A stretch of 64,000 nt of DNA, taken from assembly GCF_000143415.4 (NCBI RefSeq), contig NW_003314371.1, positions 203,380 through 267,379 of the forward strand, given 5' to 3'. Both the position numbers and the translations under genes were made by a program. The notes beneath the pieces were generated by a model. It worked only from the letters and a program-made list of their open reading frames with translations, made no database searches and was not told where the DNA came from. The stretch comes from Selaginella moellendorffii (lineage: Eukaryota > Plantae > Lycopodiophyta). This document shows, in pieces, positions 53,418 to 64,000 of this stretch; within the stretch, counting starts at the first letter, position 1; each line of letters opens with the position of its first letter.

Positions 53418-55565
53418 CTAAGCAGTTTTTCTACTTTTACTTCGAAGATCAGCCAGATCAAACAACATCTCCTCGTTGGTGGCATTGGCTCTGATCTTGT
53501 ACATCTTGCACAATGATTGAAGACGTTTGCGCTTCACCCTACCATCTGCAATGTCACGGATCTTTTCCAAGTCGTCCAGCTCGCTTCTATCACACACCAA
53601 GTCCCTCTTCCAATATTGGAGCTTTTCTTGGACAAGTGACTTCTCCGGTGGATCTTCTAAAGCTTCCTCGGACTCTATGCAGCCGAGAGCCTCCTCCCAA
53701 GTCCCTGGCAAGTTCACATCTAGAGAAACCACATCCATCTCGTGGCTCATCTCTTCTACATAAGGACTTCCAGACACCGGTACGGCCACCTTACACTGCA
53801 CAATCCCTGGTAAAGAAAGAAACTGTAACTTCACATATCTTGCTCATATGAAATCACTCACCTCTGATAGCTTTCTGAGAAACCTTTCTAGATGATCGGT
53901 ACTTCTGGAACTTGAAGCCGCGATAAGAATCCGGGGGTAAAAAGAAAACCAGCAGAGTTTCATCGTTGTCGGGGTGGCCGCTGTTATAAAACAGCTCTCT
54001 CCAGGCTTTCAGAGCCTGCTGCGCCTTGATCGTAGCCTCGAGAACGGGCTTGTGGTCAGTACAAGCAACGGTAACCTGTCCCAGCGTGCGTGGTAACAGC
54101 ACAAAATCAAACACCGCATTGTTCTTTCGAAGTGGCCTCCACATATACTTAATCGCATCCTCACCTGCAGGGTAGAAAGGAGGAAATCAATAAATAAATA
54201 AATCAGATACTAACCAGCTGCGACCAAAGTGTCTTCCAGATCACCTTCGTAATATCGTAGAACAAGACCAGGGCCGGAAGGAGATGCTACCAGAGCCTTT
54301 GGCTCACCTTGGCGATTTGCACACTCGTATTTAAACTGGAACTTGAATTGCACGTCGACACATCTGGTATGGTACCAGCGCAGGCAGGTCCCGCACTGGA
54401 TCCACGAAACCGTAACATCCGCGCTTGGATCCTCGGTTTGGGAACAACGTTGGCAGTGAGCAGTGTCAACCTATAGCATGCAAAATAAAACATTCAAATG
54501 GTAAAAAAGCACCATCGGCATCACCATAATTTGTTGTGACAACGCCTGCCCGATGACATATTGCTCGAAAACGAAGCCTCTCAGGGCTGAGTACTCGCTG
54601 AACGGCTGAGAAGCCTCAAGAAAGCTGCGGATCTTGTCCACGTCGGTTCTACACAGGTAGCCAGCGTAGAGATTGGCCACCTTCTCCGAGCAAAACGTGT
54701 ACTGAAACTCTCTGAAACCGGTGCCAGGCGTGACATTGAAGTGGAACAAGCGCCAAGATATGTCCTTGGCATTGTGAGAGCTCTGTAGGATCAACGATAA
54801 ATTCTTGAGTTTGGTATTCGCCAGGCACTTCATCACGTCCGAATGGAAGTATTTCTCCGTTAGATTTCGCACCTCTTGATCCCAAACATGCCGCGGGATG
54901 CCACCGTACCAGGCGAACACTAAATCAGCAGCTTTGACCTTCAACCTTACATCGTTTGCGTCGTTACCCGTCATCTTGTTCGCCGCCGAGTTCCACACAG
55001 CGAGAAGCAAACCAAACTCCCCCCTGTCCCATGGTGGCAGATAGAACGTATAGGTCAGGCGAACTTTCCTGATATCCTTCGTATTCGTGTCGTCTGGCGA
55101 TGCCGCCACAAGCGCTCGGTTGCCAATGGGTCGGTCAGGATAGACCCTTTGGTCGATCAGATGGAAGGTAACTGCCGGCGATTGGATAACGTCGAACGGA
55201 TACTTCTTCTTTGGCACCACCCGAAGATCCCCGCTGCCACGAAACTCCCACACCCAGACACCAGTCTCATAGAGAAGTATGGACTCTGGATTGTCAATCC
55301 CGGTCCGGATGATGAAGTACCAGAGAAACGCCGACTTGCCCACGCCGGAATTGCCATTCAAATGGCACAGGGCGAACTCGCGTGTAACAAGCTCTGATAC
55401 AATCTCTTTGTAGAGCGCATCGAAAACATCTCTTACGAACAAGATATGAGAAGACATGGCTGCCAAACTGACACATGCCTTTGGGAGCTCGATTACCGCG
55501 CCTGCCGCATACCAATCTGCCGTTTTTCCAACAATACCCCCCCACCATTCGGCCGCCGCCACCAT
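53418..55565 (-). CDS. Crinkler/RHS-type P-loop NTPase plus REase-fold nuclease with inserted PHD finger and C-terminal SAP-like motif (666 aa, 4 exons)
   Basis: Exons 55565-54513, 54470-54215, 54164-53862 and 53806-53418 join in frame via GT-AG introns (2001 nt). Walker A GNSGVGKS; FHLID; VAASPD; YLPPW; YGGIPR; GFVFEQY; PHD CQRC..WIQCGTCLRWYHTRC..YEC; WRPLRKNNAVFD; QVTV...H. Confidence 0.8.
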
Positions 55566-56415
55566 TGCGCTTGCGATAGGGCTTAAAGAATATTCCTGGG
55601 TTTTGCTCGGTTTGAGAGGATTCCAGGTTTTGCTTTTTTCAAGCCAACCAAAGCCATATAAAATTCTTAATTTTTTAATTTAATTTGCTTGCTCTTGTTA
55701 GTCAGCCTTTTGAATTGGATCTTATTGTGAGCTTGGAAATCGCAGAAGGAATGCAAAGATTAGTGAAAAATCACAGAAAAGAGGCAAAAGTCAATAAGAA
55801 TCAATGAAATATTGTCTGTTGCATCCAGCAATGTTTAGTTTGTTTGATGGTAGTGTTATAACTTTTAGTGTATCTATTAAAAATTAGTCAACTGAATATT
55901 TATAATTTATAAACACAAGATTAAATGGGATGGTTTGATTCCCATTGATTACTAGCTACTAACCACAACCTTGGCATCACTCTCTTAAGCTTGACAAGTA
56001 ATTCTTGACCCTCTCCCACACCTCATCATCCTTGACAATAGCATACCCTTTGCTCCTGCAATCCTTGATACACCTTGACTTGCTCCTCCTTACCACCCAA
56101 GAAGAAGACAAAGTAGCATAGTCACAACTCAAAGGCAGCTTCAAGGCAGCGATTCCCATGGGCTGCTGCCCCAGATCAAGCACATCCCCCTTTTGCAGGG
56201 CCTCAACAGGCGCCTTGACTATAATCAACCTCCTCATCGTTGTGGGGGGATGCAGAAAGCTATCCATCGACTTCTGGATCATCCTTCCTTCCACAGATTC
56301 AGTTGTTAGATTGAAGTTTAAAAAATAAGAACAATTCATTTTTCATTCTCTTCCCACCACCTCATCTTCCAGCATTCATCCTGTTCATAGCGAAGCATAG
56401 CATGGTCATGTTTAA

Positions 56416-57996
56416 TCAAGAGGGTTCTTCACTTGTGCACATGTTGGAAACAAGAATATATGGCGCTCCACTCGTTGAATCAATGTCCAATGCCTCCTTC
56501 AAGAATCTGCCCTTGCGAACCAGGAGCGACTGCCAATCAATCAGCCCGGGGACATACGGCATGCTAGTCACAAGGTCAGCGGCACTATCTAGATGCCCAA
56601 CACGACCCAGGAGATCAGTCATGCAGCAGAAGATTTCCTTGGTTGGATTCATGGCACGATCCATTCCCATGGAGCAAAAACATGCCCATCCCGAGCGCAA
56701 ATCTCCAGCGTGACTACATCCGTGAAGAATGCTTAGAAAAGAGGTCTCATCACATTGGATTGCCTCCAAATCCATGACTTTGAGGAGCTCCAGGCTCTGC
56801 AAGTACTGGCAATTGCTTGTGTACGCGTTGAGCATTGCATTCCAGGAGATTGTATCACGCTCAGGCATCGCGGCAAGCACAGCTCTAGCGTGGTTTAGAA
56901 GCCCCCTTCTCGCGTAAGCTGACAGCATCGCGTTCCACGCTGCCACATCGCGCAGGGGCATCTTCTGGAACAAATACTTAGACTCCTCCAGATGCCCTTC
57001 CACGGCATATGCATTGATCATTAGCGTCCAAGAAACGAGATTTCTCTCCGGGATTGTATCAAAAACAAATCTTGCTTCTTCCACCTTTCGATGCAGTGCA
57101 TAAGCGTCTAGAAGAGCGTTCCAAGAGACTAGATCCCGCTCGCGCATTTCCAGAAACACGCTTCGTGCCTCTTCTGGATGCCCCGACTGGGCATACCCGG
57201 AGATTAGAGTGTTCCACGACACAAGGCTCCACTCGGGCATATGATCAAAAAAGATTTTAGCTTTGCCAAGGTTATGATTTGCGATGTAGCCCGAAAGCAT
57301 TGAGTTCCACGAGAACTGGTCCCTTCTCGGCATGGCATCAAACAGAGCTCTGGCTGCTTCGGTGTGTCCATGCCGGGCATTTGCCGCAATCAAGGTCGTC
57401 CATGAAATCACGTCCCTCTCCGGCATCTTATCAAACAGTGATTTCGCGCGAGCCAGCTGACTATTGCGAGAGTAGATTCCCAGCATGGCATTTAACGACA
57501 CCACATTCCACTCGATCATAGCGTCGAAGATCTCTTGAGCCCTCCCAAGCTGCCCCGCAAGGGCAAATGCCGAGAGGAGTGCGTTCCACGATATGAGATT
57601 CCTCTCCAGCATCTGGTCAAAGATGCCCTTCGCGCTCTGGATGAATCCATTCCTGGCATACGCGGAGAGCATCGCATTCCAGGGCGCGAGCGTCCATAAC
57701 GGCATAGCATCAAAGAAACGCTTGGCGCTCTCCAGATGCCCATTCTGGGCAAATGCCGAGAGCATGAGCACCCAAGAGAAGCTATCCCTGTTGCTGATCC
57801 ACCCAAACACGCGGGCGGCATCGTCCACGCTCCCGCATTTTCCATACATTTGCAGCAGAAGATTCGCCACATAGGTGTCCGATCTGAGCGTGCGATGCGT
57901 CGCGAGAACCTGCGCGTGGATCTGCTTTGCCGCGGACAAGGTCCGGCACGACGAGATGCGATCGAGGCAGGCATTGCGATCGAAACTGGAGCTCAT
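56416..57996 (-). CDS. PLS-class PPR protein with shortened E-like C-terminus (no DYW)
   Basis: Intronless 526-aa ORF; MYGKCGSVDDA; tandem MP.RD..SWN repeats; FCCMTDLLGRVG. Confidence 0.93.
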   Translation of the reverse strand: MSSSFDRNACLDRISSCRTLSAAKQIHAQVLATHRTLRSDTYVANLLLQMYGKCGSVDDAARVFGWISNRDSFSWVLMLSAFAQNGHLESAKRFFDAMPLWTLAPWNAMLSAYARNGFIQSAKGIFDQMLERNLISWNALLSAFALAGQLGRAQEIFDAMIEWNVVSLNAMLGIYSRNSQLARAKSLFDKMPERDVISWTTLIAANARHGHTEAARALFDAMPRRDQFSWNSMLSGYIANHNLGKAKIFFDHMPEWSLVSWNTLISGYAQSGHPEEARSVFLEMRERDLVSWNALLDAYALHRKVEEARFVFDTIPERNLVSWTLMINAYAVEGHLEESKYLFQKMPLRDVAAWNAMLSAYARRGLLNHARAVLAAMPERDTISWNAMLNAYTSNCQYLQSLELLKVMDLEAIQCDETSFLSILHGCSHAGDLRSGWACFCSMGMDRAMNPTKEIFCCMTDLLGRVGHLDSAADLVTSMPYVPGLIDWQSLLVRKGRFLKEALDIDSTSGAPYILVSNMCTSEEPS

Positions 57997-58061
57997 GAAT
58001 GCCAGGCATGGTAAAGTTCTACTCCCATTTTCTTGGAAGCCCTAAAGACCAAGATTCTTCG

Positions 58062-59527
58062 ATGGAGGCGATGGCGAATGGAGGAGCGGTGGCGCGCGAT
58101 GGCTCCGAGCTCATAGTTTTAGGATCTGGATCTTCCACGGGAGTTCCAAGCCCGGTGTGCTTGCTGCGGCCCAGCGATCCGCCGTGCGCCGTGTGCCACA
58201 AGGCCATTGCCTTGCCTCCACAGATCAACAAAAACTATAGGTGTGTTCGTTGTTCTTCTAGTTTTTCTTTTTTTGTCGTTTTTTGGCTAGAAACATTCAC
58301 TTGGTCGATCAGATCCAATCCTTCCTTGCTCATCAAATTCTTGCATGGTGATGGGGAGCTGCGATTCATCCAGATTGACGCTGGCAAGCATTTCAAGGAG
58401 CAAGTTCTTCGCTGGTATTTGCCGAACAAAGTTCCCAGGCTCGATGCTGTGAGTTCTCGCGTTCTTTTCTTCTTTGCTCCTTCTCCAGTTTTTATTTCTC
58501 GTTTGCTAGATCCTTTTGACACATGAGCATGCTGATGCAATGCTAGGCCTTGACGAGATCCGTGGCGTGCAACCGTATGATTCCTTGAACCGGATCAAGC
58601 CATTGTCTTGTTTCTTGTCTCAGGAAACCATGGACAGGTAACGTAAGTTTCGTCGCGAATAGTCTAACATCCTTGGCGCAGTGTAGCTGAGAAGTTCCCA
58701 TACCTTGTCCAGAAAGGTGTCAAGGAGGGGCAGGAGATCCGGCGAGTGACGCAGCTGAACTACAAGATCGTCCAAACTTCCTGCGATGCGCCGTTTGATG
58801 TGGAGGGCCTCGAGTTCACTCCGCTACCAGTTAAGTTCTCTCGCGCTGCCAGTGTTCTAGCTTATGTTTCTCTCTTCTAACAGGTAATGCATGGAGAAGA
58901 CTATCTCTGCCTTGGATTCCTCTTTGGACGGAAGTCCAGAGTGGCTTACATCTCAGATGTATCGAGGATTCTACCCGAGACCGAGCAGCGTAAGCTAGAT
59001 GATAATATTCTAGTGCTCTTTCCACTCAGATAATTTGTCTATGCTGTAGTGATCTCGCAAGAAAGTGGAGGACAAGTTGATCTGCTTTTCCTCGACACCT
59101 TGTACAAGGTAAAGTTTTGATCTTTTCCTTGCCGGAGCGTTTTTTAATGCTTCGATCGATACCGCAGAAGGACAAGCACAACACACACTTTTGCTTTCCT
59201 CAGGTAACTTCACAGTAGCAGTAGCAGTTTTTCTCACACAAGCTTTGGATTTGTACGCTTGCTAAGAATTCATGCATTCTCGCAGAGCCTGGAGGCAGTG
59301 AAGCGAATCCGCCCCAAGCGCGCCTTGTTTGTAGGCATGACTCACGAATTCGACCATGAGCTCGACAACGAGTTCCTCGCAAACTGGTCCAAGACGTAAG
59401 CGCGTTTTCTTCTTTGGCATTCGTTTTCTTCGCGTGATACAAGCAACCGTTTGGGGTGATGGATTTCAGCGAGGGAATAGACGTCCGCCTGGCCTACGAC
59501 GGCTTGCGAATTCCAATCGATCTCTAG
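58062..59527 (+). CDS. Metallo-beta-lactamase-fold hydrolase (PhnP-like), multi-exon
   Basis: LIVLGSGSSTGVP, NPSLLI, IDAGK, ILLTHEHADAMLGLD, VMHGEDY, AYISDVS, GMTH, LAYDGLRIPIDL*. Confidence 0.9.
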
Positions 59528-59721
59528 AAAAAAGAAAACGCCAGCGCCATCGCTCGCAAGTTACGAATTTTTCAACCAGATTCATTCGATCGTTCGCTCG
59601 CTCGTCTCCCTTTAAATTCATTCCATTCTTTCCATTCATTGTTGGAAGCTCCGCCAGCCAGTGAATGTGAAGCAAGATACAAGCCGTCCGTTCTGGCGGC
59701 CATCCGACGGCTGGTGTCAGT

Positions 59722-59795
59722 GGATATGCCCGCGAGGATATTCGAATCGGCATATACCTAGACACAGGCAACAGAAAATTTGGTCACTATATAAC
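59722..59795 (+). promoter_or_regulatory. Three P1BS elements plus TATA box in the PAP promoter
   Basis: ggatatgc 59722, ggatattc 59736, gcatatac 59750, then ctatataa at ~59787. Confidence 0.75.
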
Positions 59796-59991
59796 CGTGT
59801 GGGACTTCCATCTCCAATGGTGGTACGGTCGTGTACCTCATTTCCAAGTAGCCGCGGTTTGATCGCGAGGGTTCTTGTCAAGCGCGCCTTCTATCCATCG
59901 ATCGATCGATCGGCTTAGCTAAGGTGTGGCTGGTGCCGCGCGCGCAGCTCAACGATCGATTGATCGCGTCGCGGGCGATATTTCGAGCAAA

Positions 59992-61624
59992 ATGGGAGCC
60001 GGCGATGACTATCGCCACGCTAGCGACGAGGAGGAGGCGCTCATTGTCTCCAAGACGAGGGTAAGTAGCGCGATAGATGCGATCGGGCATGCGGCATTCT
60101 AATGTGGGTGTGGATTTTGATTTACTAGGAGGAGCTGCGAGCTAATGATTCCAGGAGATTCTGGATCGTGGTGTCGCTGCTGCTGCTCGTCTCGGTTCTA
60201 GGTCTGGGCTTGCTTTACTCCAGGGCTGGAGGAGGGATCATCACCAGGCAAGAGGAGTTCCCCTTAAATTTCTTGGTGATCGGTGATTGGGGAAGAAATG
60301 GGTTCTACAACCAGTCTCTTGTTGCTAGTCAGGTACCGTTTTTTTTTCTCCCTCTTTTGTTCTTCTTTCTCTTGTTCTTCTTTTCAGTTTTCTAGCTTTG
60401 CAAGGATTGTTCTTGCAGTGTACTGATTTGTTTCTTGTGGTTTCTCAGATGGGCCGAGTTGGCGAGCTCCTCGATATCGATTTTGTTATCTCGGTCGGTG
60501 ACAACTTCTATAACACCGGACTAACCGGTGTTAAGGATCCAAAGTTCACGACCTCATTCAGCAGGATTTATACTGCTCCCAGCCTACAAAAGCCGTGGTA
60601 CACAAGTAAGACTTTTCCATCTCTTCTAGAACTTGGAACAAATTTCTTATGTTTCGTCTTTCCTCGGCAGTTCTTGGCAACCACGATTATATGGGAGACG
60701 CTCTGGCGCAGCTTGACCCGGCCATGACACAGCGTGATTCGCGTTGGTATTGCAGGCGAGAGTTTGAGCTGCGAAGATCACTGTGTGGAAGTCTCAACAC
60801 AGGTAATCGTCAAACTTTGCTTTTCTTTGTTAAGAACACCTGACAAAAAGCTTTAAACACCTTTTGGTCGCTTGTGGCAGGAGCCTGTGAGTCCTCCGTG
60901 GACTTGTTCTTCATTGACACGACCCCCTTCATTGACGAGTATTGGATGCCAAATGCAACTCAAACATTCGATTGGCGAGGATTGGCACCACGCCAAGAAC
61001 AGCTCCGCTCACAAGTCGAGGCAAGCGACGCAGCTTTCACGTAGCATAGGAACTCGTCCAGTAGCTTCTCCTCTCGATTTCTTTTCTAACTGTCTTCCGG
61101 GTTGCTTCTTCCAGCGGCTCGACAGATTGCTGGCGTCGTCTCGAGCAACATGGAAGATCGTTGTTGGCCACCACACGATGCACAGCTTTGGACGCCACGG
61201 CGACTCCGTAGAACTCCTCGACCAGATTCTACCCGTATTGGAGGTAAACAATTTCTCCATTTCCTTGACTCTTGCTTACTCAGGACTTCCTTCTCCAGGC
61301 TCACGACGTTGACGCATACATAAATGGCCACGACCATTGTCTCGAGCACATAAAACACTCGGACAGGTACGCATATGATCTTTCCATTCCCGCGGATCAT
61401 TCATGTTCGGTATGGCTTGTCTTTGCAGCAAGATCACCTTCATCACCAGCGGCGCGGGCTCCAAATCCTGGCAAGGAATCCGCCCCGCCACAGTTGCGAA
61501 CGGCCTGCACTTCGCCTACGATGGCCAAGGCTTCGTCTCGGCTTCCGTGGGGCGCAGCTCGTTTCTGCTAGAGTTCTACGACGCATTCGGGAACGTGTTG
61601 CATACCACGCATCTTAGAAAGTAG
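59992..61624 (+). CDS. PAP: Purple acid phosphatase, low-molecular-weight (PAP3/8/17-type), multi-exon
   Basis: All five metal-ligand motifs: GDWG, GDNFY, GNHD, VVGHH, NGHDH; ITSGAGSKSW. Confidence 0.94.
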
Positions 61625-61884
61625 AAGATCGTGTCTCTGTATGAACAAGGTGCGAGTCTTGTATACAAGGTGGGAGATGGAAGAAAACTCTTTTGTTCTT
61701 GATGAAAGCTTGGAACTCACAAAGATCATCCCTGGCTTTTCCAGATCTTTCCGCGAGCTTGGTTTTCTGGCCTAGTTTATCCACACGAAAAGAGATAGTG
61801 AGAAAGCTCAAGGGCGACGAAAAGAGAGTGCTTGGCCGGCGAGAAGCTCAAGGGCGAGTTTCCACAGCTCGGCTGGCGAGAAGC

Positions 61885-63487
61885 TCAAGGAAGAGGAACT
61901 ACGAGTGGAGCTGGAGGAACAGGCTGCTCCGGATGCTGCCACTCCCAATCGCCAGTCTCGGCGGACAGCGTAAAGAACTTTGGGCTCCACTTGATCCCCA
62001 AGGCCTGCCTCTCCTTGCGGAGCGCTCGCTGCGATTCCTCCACGCAAAGCTTGGCCGCCCGAGCCTTGTCCACTTCTCTCGTCAAGATCCCCTCGGACAC
62101 ACCGCTCCACACGAGCGTCGACTCCATGGGTGATATTGCCTGTGGCCAACTTTGCGTTAGAGCAAGCTATGGCTAGAGGAAGAAGAAGAGGAAGAGTTTC
62201 TTACGTTGAGGTTCTTCACTTGTGGAGGCCGGAGCTTCCCGACCACCGCCCTCGCATCATACAGTGTGCTCGTCGTGCCACTGGAGCTCTCCTTGAGATA
62301 AACAAACCTGGAATTCGCGAGAGGAAGAATGGCGTGAGAAAGAATCGAGGAAAGAAAAGAAGAATGGAATTCGCGAGAGGAAGTAAGAAAGAAGAGAAGA
62401 ATGGAATTCGCGACGAGAGGAGGAACAGCTTGAGTAAGAACAAAGAAGAGAAGAATGCGAGTGATTTTCTACTCACTGGTCCCAATTGCCATGGATTTCA
62501 TAGAGCGTGTTCCCGGTGTTGGTGTCCCAGACCTTGCCACCGATCCTCCTGCTCGAGCCGTGTAATCCAAAGAATCCCTTGTTCTTGTACACGACCGTGG
62601 CCTTGAGCCCCGTCTCGGCGCAGCTCACCGTGGTAGAGCCGCTCCAATCCGTGCCGGGCACGGGCAAGAACCGGAACCCCAGCTTGGGCGAGGTCATCTC
62701 GTAGGATTCGCCGTGCCGCGCGAGCTTGAGGAGCCTGCGGCCTTGGATCGTGATATCGACGCCGCTGCCTGGAAGATCGAGCAAGAAAATGCATAAGAAA
62801 TCCGGGATCCAAATCGCGCAAAGAGAGATCGCGATCGCACCATAGAACCTGGGAGACGCGTGGTGCCAGAATCGGAGCTGGAATCCCTTCTTCTCGTTCG
62901 TGGCATAGAGCGCGCTCACGGGCGGATGGTGAGAGACCTAAAAAAATGGACGAAGCATATTAGAGGATATTCGCGCTTCTTCTTCTCACCTGTTCTAGGA
63001 GGACATTGAGATCGCCCACCGAGGCGTGGTGTGTCTCGCCCAGGATGGGGTTGTACGGCGCCTTGCCAAAGTGGGGCTGGCGAGTGGCGGAGATGTGCCA
63101 TCGCAGGGCGTGGAGGAAGCGATCCATGGGCGTGGCGGCGTCGGCGCATTGGGAGAGGATGTCCTGGGTGAAGCAGTAGACCATCTCGCCGTAGAGCTGG
63201 AGCTGCGACTTGGGGAAATTGAGGTGGACGGGCACCTGGAAGCGCGAGAGGTCGGCGCCCATGCCCTTGAACAGATCCAGGTAGCGCCCGATCCCGCCAA
63301 TCCTCGACGTCGCCGACTTGGCATCGTCCCCGCCGGGCGACGAATCCGACGCCTCCAGCTGCAGTGGCGGCGTGAGAACCGGCATTCTCGGGCGTGGGCG
63401 ATCTTCGGCGGCAGGGGCTGGATCGTGATCGGTGGCTTGCTGGAAGAATCCCAGGAGGCCCATGCTACTGCACAGCTCCAGCGACAT
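61885..63487 (-). CDS. ORP4: Oxysterol-binding-protein-related protein, ORP4 type (start at 63487 or 63463)
   Basis: GADLSRFQVP, PKSQLQLYGE, KAPYNPILGETHH, EQVSHHPPVSA, GNWD, VEESQR. Confidence 0.92.
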
Positions 63488-63671
63488 CCGTGCGCGGGAT
63501 GGGATAACGTTTCCGCGCACGAGCTATAGAGCTTGCAAAGGAAGAAAGATCGATTTCAAACGATCAATCGCGGGCGAGAGAGAGGAAGAGAAGCAATACC
63601 GGGATAGCTGGAATTCTGTGGGAATTTATCCTCAGGGCGACCCAGAGGTCCAAGAGACCTGATATAAAAAC

Positions 63672-63673
<2 letters not shown>

Positions 63674-63723
<50 letters not shown>
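63674..63723. repeat. (GA)n microsatellite upstream of ORP4
   Basis: About 24 consecutive GA units. Confidence 0.95.
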
Positions 63724-63724
<1 letters not shown>

Positions 63725-64000
63725 CAAACAAGGGAAGGCGACAATAGGGCCAATTTGCGGTCACAAGCAAAGACGAGAACCCTCGATCGCGATCAATTTG
63801 ATCACGGTGTTCCTGGCGATGCCAATCAAGTGGCTATCCAAGTTACCGCGTTACTGCCAGCGTGGCTGTCCAGCGCGGAATTCCGGCGCTACGTGGCGCG
63901 AGCTGCGCCCGTCACAAGTGGCACTTTTAGGGCTCTTTTGGCGCTTTCTTCTTCCTCTTTCTGCGCTTTCTTCTTTTACATGGAGCTCGCATGAACAGAT

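Overview
Gene-dense land-plant nuclear DNA with very short (~40-60 nt) GT-AG introns and several intronless PLS-type PPR genes. This style points to a lycophyte such as Selaginella (inference, not verified). There is one 100-N gap. Conserved genes in order: extensin, UDP-arabinose 4-epimerase, SEUSS-like co-regulator, STIG1-domain protein, MTB/METTL14, CIPK, PPR, MORC ATPase, DUF630/632 protein, PPR, F-box, patellin, PPR, PhnP-like metallo-beta-lactamase, purple acid phosphatase and ORP4. BioF and lipoxygenase pseudogenes are also present. Three things stand out. (1) An apparently intact 4-exon, 666-aa Crinkler/RHS-type P-loop NTPase plus restriction-endonuclease-fold gene (53418-55565, minus) that the ORF track misses as a whole. 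It has a PHD finger inserted in the nuclease region and a C-terminal SAP-like motif. (2) A ~600-bp module present four times, each time next to decayed L1-like LINE sequence, carrying an ~88-nt pre-miRNA-like hairpin whose two arms both translate like a protein-kinase activation segment. (3) Dense clusters of P1BS (GNATATNC) phosphate-starvation elements in the PAP promoter and inside a patellin intron. All calls are by eye from the sequence; no database searches were run, and boundaries of decayed elements are approximate.
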